Shown: piece after piece, positions 49,915-60,895 of the stretch
How positions within the stretch are numbered: position 1 is the stretch's first letter
Layout of the letters: the number at the start of each line of letters is the position of its first letter
Origin: a virus
Taxonomy: Duplodnaviria; Caudoviricetes
DNA: 64,000 nucleotides
Reading direction: 5' to 3' (one strand)
IMG/VR virus record: IMGVR_UViG_3300020369_000001
Location: 8,840 to 72,839 of that record
Notes under the pieces: model-generated
Told to the model about the DNA's origin: nothing
The model's database searches: none
What the model saw: only the letters and a program-made list of their open reading frames with translations
Made by a program: the position numbers and the translations under genes

Positions 49915-51333
49915 ATGGCTGAACAAGAAGTTAAAAAGCAAAAAAGCCCGTATTCTTTAGTAGAACTTGGTGGAACAGGTCTTAAACATTCTGCTGGTAG
50001 TATTGATGAAGAACAAATTATCAATGACCTTAAATGGCCTCGCTGTATTAAGGTTTACCAAGAAATGGAAACAGACCCTTTGATTGCTGGTGCATTATTT
50101 GCTATCCGACAATTTATACGATCTTCCAAGTGGAATGTAGAAGAATACCAAGGCACTGATAAACCTGCGTCAGCAGGTGAAGATGCCAAGTTTGTTGAAA
50201 GTTGTCTTAACGACCTTGACAAACCTTGGTCAGAAGTTTTAACAGACATCTTGTCATTCCTTACATACGGTTTCAGTATCCATGAAATTGTTTATAAGAA
50301 GCGTCAAGGGCGTTCACAAGATGAGCGTTATAATTCTAAATACAAAGATGGTAAGATTGGTTGGAGAGGTTTTCCAATCCGTTCACAAGACACTATCGAA
50401 GATTGGAAAATCACACCGAGAGGTGGTTTAGAAGCTGTCCGACAGTGGGATTCTTACAATGGTATTGATGTGTGGATTCCTAAGCATCGTTTCTTACTAT
50501 TCCGTACAACTGCTTATAAAGATAACCCAAGAGGTCTTTCAATACTGCGAAGCGCTTATCGTGGATATTACTTTCGCAAGAACATTGAAACGTTTGAAGG
50601 GATTGGTATTGAACGTGATCTAAGTGGTGTACCTGTCCTACGTGTCCCTTCAGATATTCTTTCTGAAGATGCTGATAATAATCAAAGAGCCATTCGATCT
50701 TATCTTGAACGTATGGGTGCTTCTTTAAAGCGTAATGAACAAGCGTTTATCATGTTGCCTTCTGAGGTATACGGTGAGACAGGTAATGGTGATAAGATTT
50801 ATGACTTTGAACTTGTAAGTTCTTCTGGTGCTAGACAAGTAGATACGAACGGAGCTATAGAACGTTGGGATAGAAGGATTCTACAAAGTATCTGTTCAGA
50901 CGTGCTACTTGTTGGCGGAGCCAGTGTAGGGAGTTATTCACTAGCCTCTACAAAAGCTGGAATGTTCCAAACGGCAATTATTAGTTACTTGGATACTATT
51001 AAAGATCAGATGAATGAGAAAGCTATCCCAATGCTTATGGAAGCAAATGGGAAAGACGGTTCTCGTTGTCCGAAGCTTGTTCACAATGGTATTGAGAAAG
51101 CTAACTTGAAAGAGATGGCTGAGTTTGTCAAGTTCACTACTGAAGCGGGTGCATTGACACCTGATGCTGGTATTGAATCAGAACTCCGTGATATGGCAGG
51201 TTTCCCTCAGTATAACGATGTTTCTCATGAAGGTCTTATGGATCGTGCTAAGAAACGTCAAAGTATGTTCCAAGATGTGGGAATGGGCGAAGGGAATGGA
51301 GAGCAACCTCCTGAACCACCTACTTTCTCATAA
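49915..51333 (+). CDS. Portal protein
   Basis: ELGGTGL, DNPRGLSILR, GIERDLSG, VGSYSL; follows terL. Confidence 0.88.
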   Translation: MAEQEVKKQKSPYSLVELGGTGLKHSAGSIDEEQIINDLKWPRCIKVYQEMETDPLIAGALFAIRQFIRSSKWNVEEYQGTDKPASAGEDAKFVESCLNDLDKPWSEVLTDILSFLTYGFSIHEIVYKKRQGRSQDERYNSKYKDGKIGWRGFPIRSQDTIEDWKITPRGGLEAVRQWDSYNGIDVWIPKHRFLLFRTTAYKDNPRGLSILRSAYRGYYFRKNIETFEGIGIERDLSGVPVLRVPSDILSEDADNNQRAIRSYLERMGASLKRNEQAFIMLPSEVYGETGNGDKIYDFELVSSSGARQVDTNGAIERWDRRILQSICSDVLLVGGASVGSYSLASTKAGMFQTAIISYLDTIKDQMNEKAIPMLMEANGKDGSRCPKLVHNGIEKANLKEMAEFVKFTTEAGALTPDAGIESELRDMAGFPQYNDVSHEGLMDRAKKRQSMFQDVGMGEGNGEQPPEPPTFS

Positions 51334-52163
51334 TGGCAGAACGTTCACCATTCCCTGAAGAAGATGCTTTAGAAGATGAAGTACGCGAAGAGCTTTTGCT
51401 GTTGCTGGCATTAGCTTTTTTAAATGCTTCACAGAAGATTGTTACTCAGTCTTTTGTCAGATCAGACTTCCAAGCACTTCAAGATAGGTTCAGAAGTGAG
51501 GCTGCTAAAGCTTTACCACAACTTACCAGCATATCCCAACGAGCTGCTGAATTAGCTTTCCAACGTACACCTCTGTCTGCTGATACATTTGATACAGACT
51601 TCTCAGACCAGCGTTACCAACAACTGGTAAGTAACATCTTCAATGACAATATGCAGTATCTTTTAGACACTAATGAACAAGCCTTCATACGACTTCAAGA
51701 GATTGCAGTATCAAGAGGGTGGTCTGACGAAAGGTTTAATGAGTACCTTAGGAAGTTTTATGGTTTAACACCGCAGTACATTCAAACAGTCCTATCTCTC
51801 GAAGATGCTTTAAGGGTTGAAGGTACTGCGCAGAATAAGTTGAACAAGCGTGTACAAGATCGTATTGACCATCTTATTGAGGTTCGTATCTCTTTAGCTT
51901 CTGAGTTGATTGGTACAGAGGTTGTTGAGGGTTCTAAGGAACTTACTTGGACAATCCTTGGTGAAACTGGTCAGTTGGATACTCAGGAGTTTATTAAACA
52001 GTGGGTTTCAACAATTGATTCGGTAACAACCCAAACGTGTTTAGACTCCCATTTAACAACTGCTGAAATTGGTGGATTCTTCTCGAACGGTATGCGAAGT
52101 CCTCCAAACCTCAATGTTGTCCACAGGTGTCGTTCTTCAATGCGTATCATTAGACGTATTTAA
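51333..52163 (+). CDS. Head morphogenesis protein (Mu F/SPP1 gp7-like)
   Basis: KQWVSTID...C...PP...HRCRS C-terminus. Confidence 0.7.
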   Translation: MAERSPFPEEDALEDEVREELLLLLALAFLNASQKIVTQSFVRSDFQALQDRFRSEAAKALPQLTSISQRAAELAFQRTPLSADTFDTDFSDQRYQQLVSNIFNDNMQYLLDTNEQAFIRLQEIAVSRGWSDERFNEYLRKFYGLTPQYIQTVLSLEDALRVEGTAQNKLNKRVQDRIDHLIEVRISLASELIGTEVVEGSKELTWTILGETGQLDTQEFIKQWVSTIDSVTTQTCLDSHLTTAEIGGFFSNGMRSPPNLNVVHRCRSSMRIIRRI

Positions 52164-52246
52164 AAGTTTGAACCGAAAAGGGTAGCTCCCCTGTCTGTAC
52201 CGTTCTACAGGCTAGGTTCATTTATTCAAACCTGAACGGAGGTAGT

Positions 52247-53011
52247 ATGGAACTTATAAAACCGAGTCCGAACTCTAAATATTTCATTAGAGAAGACCTT
52301 TTTAAAGGATTAACACCCGAGGACTCCTATTGGCTAGGCGTTATTATGGCGGATGGGTGTATAAGGGTTGATGGTAACACGAAGAAAACTGGTTTTAATT
52401 ATAAATCTTATAAAATTACTCTTGCGTGGCAATCGAAGGACTTGCATCATTTGAAAAAGTTCCGCGATTATCTTGGAGATTCTAATCGGTCAATCGTAGC
52501 TAACCACTCTCATAACAGCCAGTGTTATCAAGTTAATGTACAAGGAACTTGGTTAAGGGAGAGGGTGAAAAGGTACGGAATAATCCCAAGGAAAACTTCA
52601 GAGTTTTGTGAAGATTATACCCCACCGATTTATGTAAATGACTTTATTGCAGGTTGGTTTGACGGAGATGGTTACATAAATGTCGGTAAAGAAGACCAAG
52701 CGTTCTCTGGATGTGCTTTAAATGTAACTGGTGAACATAAATCTTTGGAGTGGTTGAAAGACCTCATAATTCAGTGCGGGTATTGCGGGACTATCAGAGT
52801 CAAACCAATAAAAGACAAGAATGCAAGTCGACTCCACATAAATGGGAGGGTTCAGTGTCAGCAGTTCTACAGACTGTTTTATAATAGTCAACTATGCCTT
52901 CCTCGAAAATGGGAGAAATTTAAGAAGATCGATTATGACACTGTGAGGTCACTCAGTAGAAACCGGAGGAATGGTGATGTCCAATCTAAAAGTATACGGA
53001 GAAGTCTATGA
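52247..53011 (+). CDS. Free-standing LAGLIDADG homing endonuclease
   Basis: YWLGVIMADG and FIAGWFDGDG motifs. Confidence 0.85.
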   Translation: MELIKPSPNSKYFIREDLFKGLTPEDSYWLGVIMADGCIRVDGNTKKTGFNYKSYKITLAWQSKDLHHLKKFRDYLGDSNRSIVANHSHNSQCYQVNVQGTWLRERVKRYGIIPRKTSEFCEDYTPPIYVNDFIAGWFDGDGYINVGKEDQAFSGCALNVTGEHKSLEWLKDLIIQCGYCGTIRVKPIKDKNASRLHINGRVQCQQFYRLFYNSQLCLPRKWEKFKKIDYDTVRSLSRNRRNGDVQSKSIRRSL

Positions 53012-53493
53012 GTACAACTGAAAAAGACGAATCCGCTAATAAACTTATCAATATGTTTAGCGAATTTGTTACGAAGCACTTTGCAGGTTCTTCTCAAGAA
53101 GATACAAGTAAAGATGAATACAACTATGAAGGTATTGCTAAGAGTGTAGATATTGACAAACAAATCTTCACAGCGGTTGTGTTACGACCAAATGTTGTAG
53201 ATGCCCACGGTGATATTTATAAAGCTGAAGTTGTAGAAGAAGCTTGCCATGAATATAACACTATTTGTCGCAAAGCTTATCTACAACATCTTGTCAAAAC
53301 AGACCTTGCAGAACCCGTTGAGTCTTATATCGCACCTGCTGATTTCACTTTAGGTAATGGTGAGGTTAAGAAAGGTGACTGGGTAATGTCCATGAAGATC
53401 AAAGATGACGAGCTATGGAAAAGTTGTAAAGACGGTGTTTTCACTGCATTTTCCGTAGGATGTAAAGGCCAAGTGGAGATGTTAGATGACTAA
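53008..53493 (+). CDS. XkdF-like putative prohead protease
   Basis: AVVLRPNVVDAHGD...QHL...VESYIAP...GDWVM...FSVG. Confidence 0.8.
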   Translation: MSTTEKDESANKLINMFSEFVTKHFAGSSQEDTSKDEYNYEGIAKSVDIDKQIFTAVVLRPNVVDAHGDIYKAEVVEEACHEYNTICRKAYLQHLVKTDLAEPVESYIAPADFTLGNGEVKKGDWVMSMKIKDDELWKSCKDGVFTAFSVGCKGQVEMLDD

Positions 53494-54436
53494 AAAAGCT
53501 AAACGCGAAGTTAAAAAGTTCATTTTTTCAGGGGAGGATGCTCATGTAAGTTTAGTAGACGCTGGGGCCAACGAACAAGAAGTCCTTGTGATGAAGTCTG
53601 CAAAAGCCTCTGAAGAAGAAATCAGCAAAGCTGTTGAAGTTAATATCAAGATGCCGTTACTACATTACTTCACACGGTTCTTGGATATTGATATTGACGG
53701 TGCTGAGAAAATTGCAGGTCTGATGGGTTATAAATTCGAAGACTTGTATGAAGAAGATGGGATGAATGGCTTCCAAGAAATGGTAGAGAATAATCTACAA
53801 GCCTTGACAATCTCAAAATCCAAAGAGTCTGAGGACTTCTTAAAAGCCTATCAGGACTTTAAAAATAAATACCTTACCAAAGCAACCCAAGCAAATGAGG
53901 AAAACACTATGACAACCGAAGCTGCACAAAACACCCAAGACCTACAGACTGAACTTGAAAAGGCTAAAGCACAAGTTGCTGATCTTCAGAAGGCTAAAGA
54001 AGACCTTGAAAAAGCTAAAGAAGAAAAAGCAAATCTTGAAAAGGCTTTCTCAGAAGTTAATGACACTGTTAAAGTTCTGAAAGCCGCTGAAGAGAAGCGT
54101 AAAGAAGCTGAGTATCTTGAGAAAGCTAAAGAACACACCGCTGTAGTTAATGATGAACTACCTGCTGAAGACTTCGCAAAAGCCCTACGTGCTGTAGAAA
54201 ATGTCGAAGGTGCTGACGTTATTGTTAAAGCTCTTGATGCGTATAAGCAGCTTGCTTCTAGTCAAGGCATGTTCGAAGAGATTGGTAAGTCTAAGACTGA
54301 CGATCAACCCTCTGGCTCTGCTCTTGATGTTGCTATCGAGAAAGCTCAACAAGAACATTCTGTTGGCTATCTTGAAGCAATGGATATTGTTAAGAAGAAG
54401 CAACCTGAACTGTTTGCTGAAGAATACAAGATTTAA
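53486..54436 (+). CDS. Scaffolding/head assembly protein
   Basis: HVSLVDAGAN N-terminus; long EKA-rich coiled coil; EEIGKS. Confidence 0.65.
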   Translation: MTKKAKREVKKFIFSGEDAHVSLVDAGANEQEVLVMKSAKASEEEISKAVEVNIKMPLLHYFTRFLDIDIDGAEKIAGLMGYKFEDLYEEDGMNGFQEMVENNLQALTISKSKESEDFLKAYQDFKNKYLTKATQANEENTMTTEAAQNTQDLQTELEKAKAQVADLQKAKEDLEKAKEEKANLEKAFSEVNDTVKVLKAAEEKRKEAEYLEKAKEHTAVVNDELPAEDFAKALRAVENVEGADVIVKALDAYKQLASSQGMFEEIGKSKTDDQPSGSALDVAIEKAQQEHSVGYLEAMDIVKKKQPELFAEEYKI

Positions 54437-54483
54437 TCTTAACTTCGAGTAAACAAACTTTATTATTTTTGGAGGATTTATAG

Positions 54484-54864
54484 ATGGCTTATAACACAAT
54501 TTCACAGATGGACTTCGGTCAAGCGATTGCATCTGAAGACCTAACTGGCAAGCTTTACTTTCTAGGTGCTCAAGTTGGTGAAACAGTAGGTGTTAATACA
54601 ACTGCTGGTGGTGCTGCAAACGTAGTTATCCATACCGATTCACCTTCTGGTATTGCTGTACGCACTGTCTTTAAAGGTATTACCAAGGCTGTAGCAGGTG
54701 CAGCTATCGCGGCTGATGCTGATCTTGCATCTGATGCTGCTGGTAAAGTTGTTACGGCTGCTACTGGTGATGTCGTAGTTGGTAAGGCTATTACGGCTGC
54801 TGGTGAAGAGAACGAAGTTATCACTATCAATTTCTTTGGTGATGGTCGTCGTACCGCTGCTTAA
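54484..54864 (+). CDS. Head decoration/cement protein (DUF2190-like)
   Basis: Ala/Gly-rich AGAAIAADADLASDAAGK, directly before the capsid gene. Confidence 0.7.
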   Translation: MAYNTISQMDFGQAIASEDLTGKLYFLGAQVGETVGVNTTAGGAANVVIHTDSPSGIAVRTVFKGITKAVAGAAIAADADLASDAAGKVVTAATGDVVVGKAITAAGEENEVITINFFGDGRRTAA

Positions 54865-54915
54865 TAGCTTTTAAGTTTAATCACATATAAAATTTTAATA
54901 TCTAGGAGATAGATT

Positions 54916-55911
54916 ATGCCGTTTCAACCTACTCAGTATCAAATTCTTGACGCGGATCAGCGTCTAACGAATATCTCTATTGCGCAGATGAATGACCCTT
55001 CAGTATTCGTTGCGCAGCAAGTATTCCCGACTGTACCTGTTAATCTGCAAGCTGGTAAGTACGTTACTTATAACAGCGGCGATTTCAACAAGACTGAAAT
55101 GCGCGCTACTGCTGATGGCGCACCTGCACCGCTCGCCGGTTGGGGTCGTGGGGAAGACAATTACTTCTGTGAAGTCTATAAAGAAGGCGCGATTGTCGGC
55201 CCTGCTGCTATTCAAAATGCTACTGCTCCTTTTGATCTTCTTCGTGATACTACCACCATGCTTACTCATCACTCACTAATTCACCGTGAGAAGCAATTCA
55301 AGCAGAACTACATGAAGACTGGTGTTTGGGGTACAGACCGCGAAGGTGTTGCTTCAGGTTCCGTTTCTGGCGATCAATTTGTTAAGTGGTCTGATTATGA
55401 AAACTCTGATCCAATTGGTGATATTCGCAAGTCTTCTACCCGTATGGCTATCACTAACTATGGTCAGCGTCCCACTGGTCTTGCTATGTCTCGTGACGTT
55501 TATGATACTCTTGTAGAGCATCCGCAACTGATCGAACGTATCATCTACATCGCTGGTTCTGAGCCTGCGCGTCTGTCTACACAACACTTGGCAGCTTTGT
55601 TTGAAGTTCAGAACATTACTGTACTAGATGCTGTAGAGAACACTGCTAGTGAAGGTCTGGAAGCTACTCCTGCGTTCATCTTTGAGAATGAAGCGTTCTT
55701 GTACTACCGTCCGAATACTCCTGGCCTGATGACCGCTTCTGCTGGTTACATCTTTAGCTGGAACTACCTATCCGGTCTTGGTGGTACTGCTGTGCGTCGT
55801 GAAGAACGTAATATGCGTGAAGGTGGTGGTATCTACCTAGAGACTGCTATGTCTTACGATATGAAAGTAGTTTCTAAAGACCTCGGCGTGTACATGTACA
55901 ATATCGTTTAA
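54916..55911 (+). CDS. Major capsid protein
   Basis: 331 aa; LTNISIA, FPTVPV, SDPIGDI, SAGYIF; position. Confidence 0.85.
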   Translation: MPFQPTQYQILDADQRLTNISIAQMNDPSVFVAQQVFPTVPVNLQAGKYVTYNSGDFNKTEMRATADGAPAPLAGWGRGEDNYFCEVYKEGAIVGPAAIQNATAPFDLLRDTTTMLTHHSLIHREKQFKQNYMKTGVWGTDREGVASGSVSGDQFVKWSDYENSDPIGDIRKSSTRMAITNYGQRPTGLAMSRDVYDTLVEHPQLIERIIYIAGSEPARLSTQHLAALFEVQNITVLDAVENTASEGLEATPAFIFENEAFLYYRPNTPGLMTASAGYIFSWNYLSGLGGTAVRREERNMREGGGIYLETAMSYDMKVVSKDLGVYMYNIV

Positions 55912-55936
55912 ACAAACTTTATAAGGGGTCTACCAA

Positions 55937-56269
55937 ATGGCTTTAGTCAATGGTTTTGACCCCTCTAAAGAGTATGTAGTTGTTAAAGGTTTCTTTGAAG
56001 GTGGTAAGAATTACCGTCCAGGTGATAAGTATGCACCTAAAACAAAGATTGGTAAATCCAAAGTCTTGTTTCGACATTTCATTGCTAAGCGTATCAAGCT
56101 GGCTGAAGATGAAACTAAGAAGCAGCCTGTAGAGAAAGCAACTACCAATACTCCTGATGAGGGGTTTGTTCAGAAAGAAGTACAAGAAGAAAGCGAAGCA
56201 CCTGTTGAGGAAACTCCGAAGCCTCGTAAGACTAGAGGTCGCCGGAAGAAATCAACAGAAGATGTATAA
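55937..56269 (+). CDS. Hypothetical head-associated protein
   Basis: Follows the MCP; acidic/basic low-complexity tail. Confidence 0.5.
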   Translation: MALVNGFDPSKEYVVVKGFFEGGKNYRPGDKYAPKTKIGKSKVLFRHFIAKRIKLAEDETKKQPVEKATTNTPDEGFVQKEVQEESEAPVEETPKPRKTRGRRKKSTEDV

Positions 56270-56470
56270 TTGATATGTAAAGTATTGTGAGGTGTTAGTC
56301 AATCTCCTGTGTTTTTCGGTGGGTTCAAAGGGTTTCCTCACAGCCTTCCCACCATTTTATTACCATAGAGAGGTTTGCAAACTGTTACTTCACATAACAT
56401 TCTATGAAGGGGTTGTCAATCCTCTTGGCATTAGTGATTCAATCAACACATAAACACTTAGAGGATTCTT

Positions 56471-58358
56471 ATGACGTTTACATACACAGGCGACCTAAAC
56501 CAAAGCATTGACTATGTCCGCTTTAAAATAGGTGATAAAGAAGAAGACGTAGCAATGTTTTCTGATGAGGAAATTCAATACTTCATTAACAAGTTTGGTA
56601 ACAATCCAACTGAGCAAGACCTGAACAGGGTTGCTTTACAGTTCCTTCGTCAGATGCTTAATGAAATCTTACTTGGGCCTTCGAGAGAACGTGCTGGTAA
56701 GTATGAATGGTATTCACAAACTTCAGAGTCTTTGAAACTTGCTATTAGTGAACTTGAGAAACAGATTCGTTTGAATAGTCCCGCTAAGCCTTACTTTGGC
56801 GGTGTTACTAAGAAGGATGTTGAATCTATTCGTGAAGATGAATCATTAGAACCTAATAAGTTCTTTGATGGTCGTATCCTAACAACAGGTCATTATGAAG
56901 ACCCCTCCAGACGTTGGCGGGTATAATGTATGACTAGGATGACAGCAATCCTCGACACAAGGGGCATTAAGAAACTTGAAAAAGACTTGAAACAACTCTC
57001 GTCATCATCTGTTGATTTTGGTTATACACAACCAAAGATTCACAAGGGTTCTGGATTAACTTACGGGCACCTTGCGAGTATTCTTGAGTGGGGTATCAAA
57101 GGTAAAATACCAGCACGTCCCGCGTTAAGAGATACTACCGAATCCTTAATAACTTCTAAGAAGCGCTTTGAACTATCTATTCAGCAGCCTGTATCAATGT
57201 TCTTGTACGGCAACTCAGGAGCCTTGAACAGTATACTGGATACAGCAGGTTCACATTTAGCATCTCGTTACGAAGAGAAGATGGACAACTGGTTATTGAC
57301 AGGCTCGACTGCTACGAATAACGCACCTTTAACAATAGGCATCAAAGGGTTCAACAAACCTTTCGAGGATTCTGGTGAATTGATTAACAACACCGATTAT
57401 ACAATCAACCGATAAATTATAAAGAGGTGTTAATTATGTCACCAAGACCTATGGTTCTTAGTAAAGTAGGCGTTAAGACCTTCCCATTATATCGAAAGGT
57501 TCCTGGTTATCGTGATCCAAATACAGGTAGATGGATCGAAGGTGCTGAAGAGACTTTAGAAGTACGTGGTAATGAACAGCCTTTATCTTCGTATGAAAAG
57601 CAAATGTTGCCAGACGCCTTCCGAACAAGAGATACAAGATTCTTTATATCAAGCACTTTCCTAAACACGCTTGACGAAGCAGATGGGCAATCACCTGATG
57701 AACTTCTTATTGAAGGTTATCGGTATCAGGTCTTTGCTAGAGAGTCTTTCCAAATGCGTATCCGTAAACACTATGAGTATAAACTTGTACGTGTTGAACA
57801 ATCAGCAGGGGGTTAATAAGAATGTCATTTCTAACAAATATAGAAAACTCCTTGCTGATGTTTTATAACAATCATTTTGACAACGTACCAATGATTCCTG
57901 ATTACGATAATGGGCCAGAGCCTGTTGGTGATTATGGGGTTGTTGGTATTACTGTTTTGAATCAACTTAACAAGGGTTCACGCTCAACATCTTCTAAAGG
58001 TACAGGCTCATTAGAGGAATCCTTCAAACAAGACTTCAGAGCCTTAGTAACGATTACTTTCTACGGAGACAGTTGTTACGACAATGCGTTTGAAGCGCAA
58101 TCAATTATAAAAATGTCTGAGGCACTTGACAAACTTTATAACGAAAACTGTTTAAGCATTGTTGATTCTACTGATGTGAGGCGTATTCCAGAATTAAGGG
58201 ATACAAAGTATATCCAAAGAGCAACATTTGATTTAACAATACTGACAGCCTACGAAAACCTTTCTGATATTGATTGGTTCAACATTGTTGGTTATCAAGC
58301 GAATTATCCAGATGCAGGTATTCAGTACAATGAGTACGTGCCTAATCAACCTACCTAA
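56471..58358 (+). other. Four head-tail connector/neck genes (56471-56926, 56930-57415, 57427-57816, 57822-58358)
   Basis: VRFKIGD...FSDEEI adaptor motif; IPARPAL neck motif; position between MCP and sheath. Confidence 0.7.
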
Positions 58359-58381
58359 ACGAGAAATTAGGGGAGAGTAAA

Positions 58382-59683
58382 ATGGCGAGAGTTAATGAGA
58401 TCGTAACGATCAATATTTCAAGGGAGACTCGTGGCGTTAGTCGTCAGGGTTTTGGTACACCACTATTTATTGGTACTACAGGTTTTGGTACTGATGAACG
58501 TGTCCGTACTTATTCCAGTGTTACACAAGCTGAAGAAGACTTTGCAGAGGGCGATGCTGAGCTAGTTGCATTGCGTCGATACTTTGGTCAACAAGTTTCA
58601 CCAACATTTGTTAAGGTTGGTTATCACGATACTGCTGCTGTTGCAAGTGTTACTTATGAAGTGACTGCTGGTGGTACTGAATATGCGGTAACTGTAGACG
58701 GGACTGAAGTAAGTTATACTCCTGAAGTTGGAGCAACTGTACAAGAGATTGTAGATGGTCTTGAACAGGCTTATCGAGATGCGGCTATTGATGGTCGCTT
58801 TGTAGATAATTCTGATGGAACCTTTACACTGATTCCCGCAGACTTTAACAACTTCACTTATTCAACCACCACTACTGAGTTGACTGAGACAGAAAACATT
58901 GAGACTTACGCAGATGCTTATGGTTATATCAAGTCTCAAGATGATGACTTCTACTTCGTTAATGCTGAGACACATGAGCCTGCTGATGTAGAAGCCCTTG
59001 CAGAGATTGTAGAAGCTGAGAAGCGTATTTACGTGACCTCTACATCTGCTGCTCAGGCTAAGAACTCCCTAGTGACTTCTGATATTGGTTCTGTATTGCA
59101 AGCAAAAGACTTAGCACGTACTGTTGTAATCTTTGCTGAGGATGATACTGAATACCCTGAGTGTGCCATTGTAGGATTGCAAGCTCCTAAAGACCCTGGT
59201 TCAACCACTTGGAAGTTTAAGTCTGTATCAGGTGTTACTGTAAGTCGTTTATCAACTACTGAAAGCCTTACTTTGAAAGGTACACGTTTCGATTATGGTA
59301 AAGGTTACAACACCTATGAAAATATTGGTGGTCGTAATATCTTTGCAGAAGGTCGTGTTGTGAACGGTGAATTTGTCGATGTGTTGAGGTTCGCAGATTG
59401 GTTAGAAGCACGTATGCGTGAGCGTATCTACCTAACCTTAGTAAACTCTGAAAAGATTCCTTACACTTCAGCAGGCTTTGCAATCATTGAAGGTCGTATG
59501 CGTGAAGTTCTTAACGAAGGTGTTGCTGTAGGTGGTCTTGCAAGCTATACAGTGAATGTTCCTAATCCTCGGTCACTTGATCCGAACCTACGTGCAAATC
59601 GTGTTGCTGAAGGCTTCTCTTTTGAAGGTACTCTTCAAGGGGCGGTGCACGCAGTTTCTATCCAAGGCCGACTCACGATTTAG
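58382..59683 (+). CDS. Tail sheath protein (DUF3383-like)
   Basis: EIVTINISRET...GFGTPLFI; PGSTTWKFK; KIPYT..G; GAVH.V.I.G. Confidence 0.85.
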   Translation: MARVNEIVTINISRETRGVSRQGFGTPLFIGTTGFGTDERVRTYSSVTQAEEDFAEGDAELVALRRYFGQQVSPTFVKVGYHDTAAVASVTYEVTAGGTEYAVTVDGTEVSYTPEVGATVQEIVDGLEQAYRDAAIDGRFVDNSDGTFTLIPADFNNFTYSTTTTELTETENIETYADAYGYIKSQDDDFYFVNAETHEPADVEALAEIVEAEKRIYVTSTSAAQAKNSLVTSDIGSVLQAKDLARTVVIFAEDDTEYPECAIVGLQAPKDPGSTTWKFKSVSGVTVSRLSTTESLTLKGTRFDYGKGYNTYENIGGRNIFAEGRVVNGEFVDVLRFADWLEARMRERIYLTLVNSEKIPYTSAGFAIIEGRMREVLNEGVAVGGLASYTVNVPNPRSLDPNLRANRVAEGFSFEGTLQGAVHAVSIQGRLTI

Positions 59684-59756
59684 GAATAATTATCAATAGG
59701 GCGTGTAAAAGCGCCCTTTATATGAACACCAATACAAGATTTAGGAGATACTTTAT

Positions 59757-60281
59757 ATGTCTTGCTTAACAACTTATTCACCAGAATTTACTGATTTGAT
59801 TGTCAGTAATGATAACTTTTCAGGGGTGGTTACAGGGTTTGCTGAAGGTACGTTTCTTTCAGTAGAACCTTTCGAAGATCGTATGACGGCTGTTTACGGG
59901 GCCAAAGGGGAATCTTACCGAGCTGTGTCAGCGGTTAAGGCTTTCGACCTTACTGTAACACTTTCACAAACATCACGTTGGAACGATATTTTCACACTAT
60001 TACTCCGTAATGATCGTGACACTCTCGAAGGTACTTTTAACGTAACCCTCAAAGATTCTTCTGGTACTACTATCTTCACAGACCGCTGTGCTTATATTGG
60101 TACAGAACCTACCCAAGCCTTCTCAGGTGGTGGTACTATTGAAGGAAGAGAGTGGCAGATTCACTTACCAAACCCTGAAGGTTATATGATTGGCGGCAAT
60201 AGCCGATTCACTCCTGAACAACGGGATGCTGTAGAAGCACTTGGTGGTACTGTTCCTGAACAATGGCAACCTCAAGACTAA
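59757..60281 (+). CDS. Tail tube-like protein (DUF3277-like), paralog 1
   Basis: TYSP...GFAEGTF...TLSQTS..ND...REW. Confidence 0.7.
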   Translation: MSCLTTYSPEFTDLIVSNDNFSGVVTGFAEGTFLSVEPFEDRMTAVYGAKGESYRAVSAVKAFDLTVTLSQTSRWNDIFTLLLRNDRDTLEGTFNVTLKDSSGTTIFTDRCAYIGTEPTQAFSGGGTIEGREWQIHLPNPEGYMIGGNSRFTPEQRDAVEALGGTVPEQWQPQD

Positions 60282-60373
60282 GAAAAACCTTCACAATACC
60301 TTGGGCAGTTTAATCGCTGCCCATATCTTTGTGAAAACCTTTCTTAGCATCTTTATAAAAGAAGGTATCCATT

Positions 60374-60874
60374 ATGTCTTGCATACGAACATACGCACCT
60401 GAAGAAGTCTCTTTAACAGTCGCTTTACTATACAGCGTCCAAGGGTTCTCACCAGACACTATCATCCGTATTAACAAAGATGACAATTACTTCAACACTT
60501 CAGTAGGTGCTTCAGGAGGTGTTGAAAGAACACATACCCCTTCTAATGTCTACACTCTCGAAGTAAGCCTCTCCCAAACCTCCCCTTCCAATGCAATCTT
60601 GACAGCGTTAGCAACACTTGACGATGTTTCCCGATTAGCAGCTTTCCCAATCTTCGCAAAGGATTCATCAGGGCGCTCTCTCTTTCTCGCCACGTCCTGT
60701 TGGATTGAAAGACCTCCCGAAGTAAGTTATTCAGCTAATCACGAAGACCGTGTATGGGAAATCAAGTGTTCAGATATGGTGTTTAACCTTGCTGGTAATG
60801 GTGAGGATGAGGAACTTTCGACAGACATTGCAAGGCTCACAAGCATTGCTGGACAGTTCTCAAGACTTCTATAA
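60374..60874 (+). CDS. Tail tube-like protein, paralog 2
   Basis: TYAP...GFSPDT...SLSQTSPSN...RVW. Confidence 0.7.
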   Translation: MSCIRTYAPEEVSLTVALLYSVQGFSPDTIIRINKDDNYFNTSVGASGGVERTHTPSNVYTLEVSLSQTSPSNAILTALATLDDVSRLAAFPIFAKDSSGRSLFLATSCWIERPPEVSYSANHEDRVWEIKCSDMVFNLAGNGEDEELSTDIARLTSIAGQFSRLL

Positions 60875-60895
60875 ACACAAAGAGGACTTTATACA

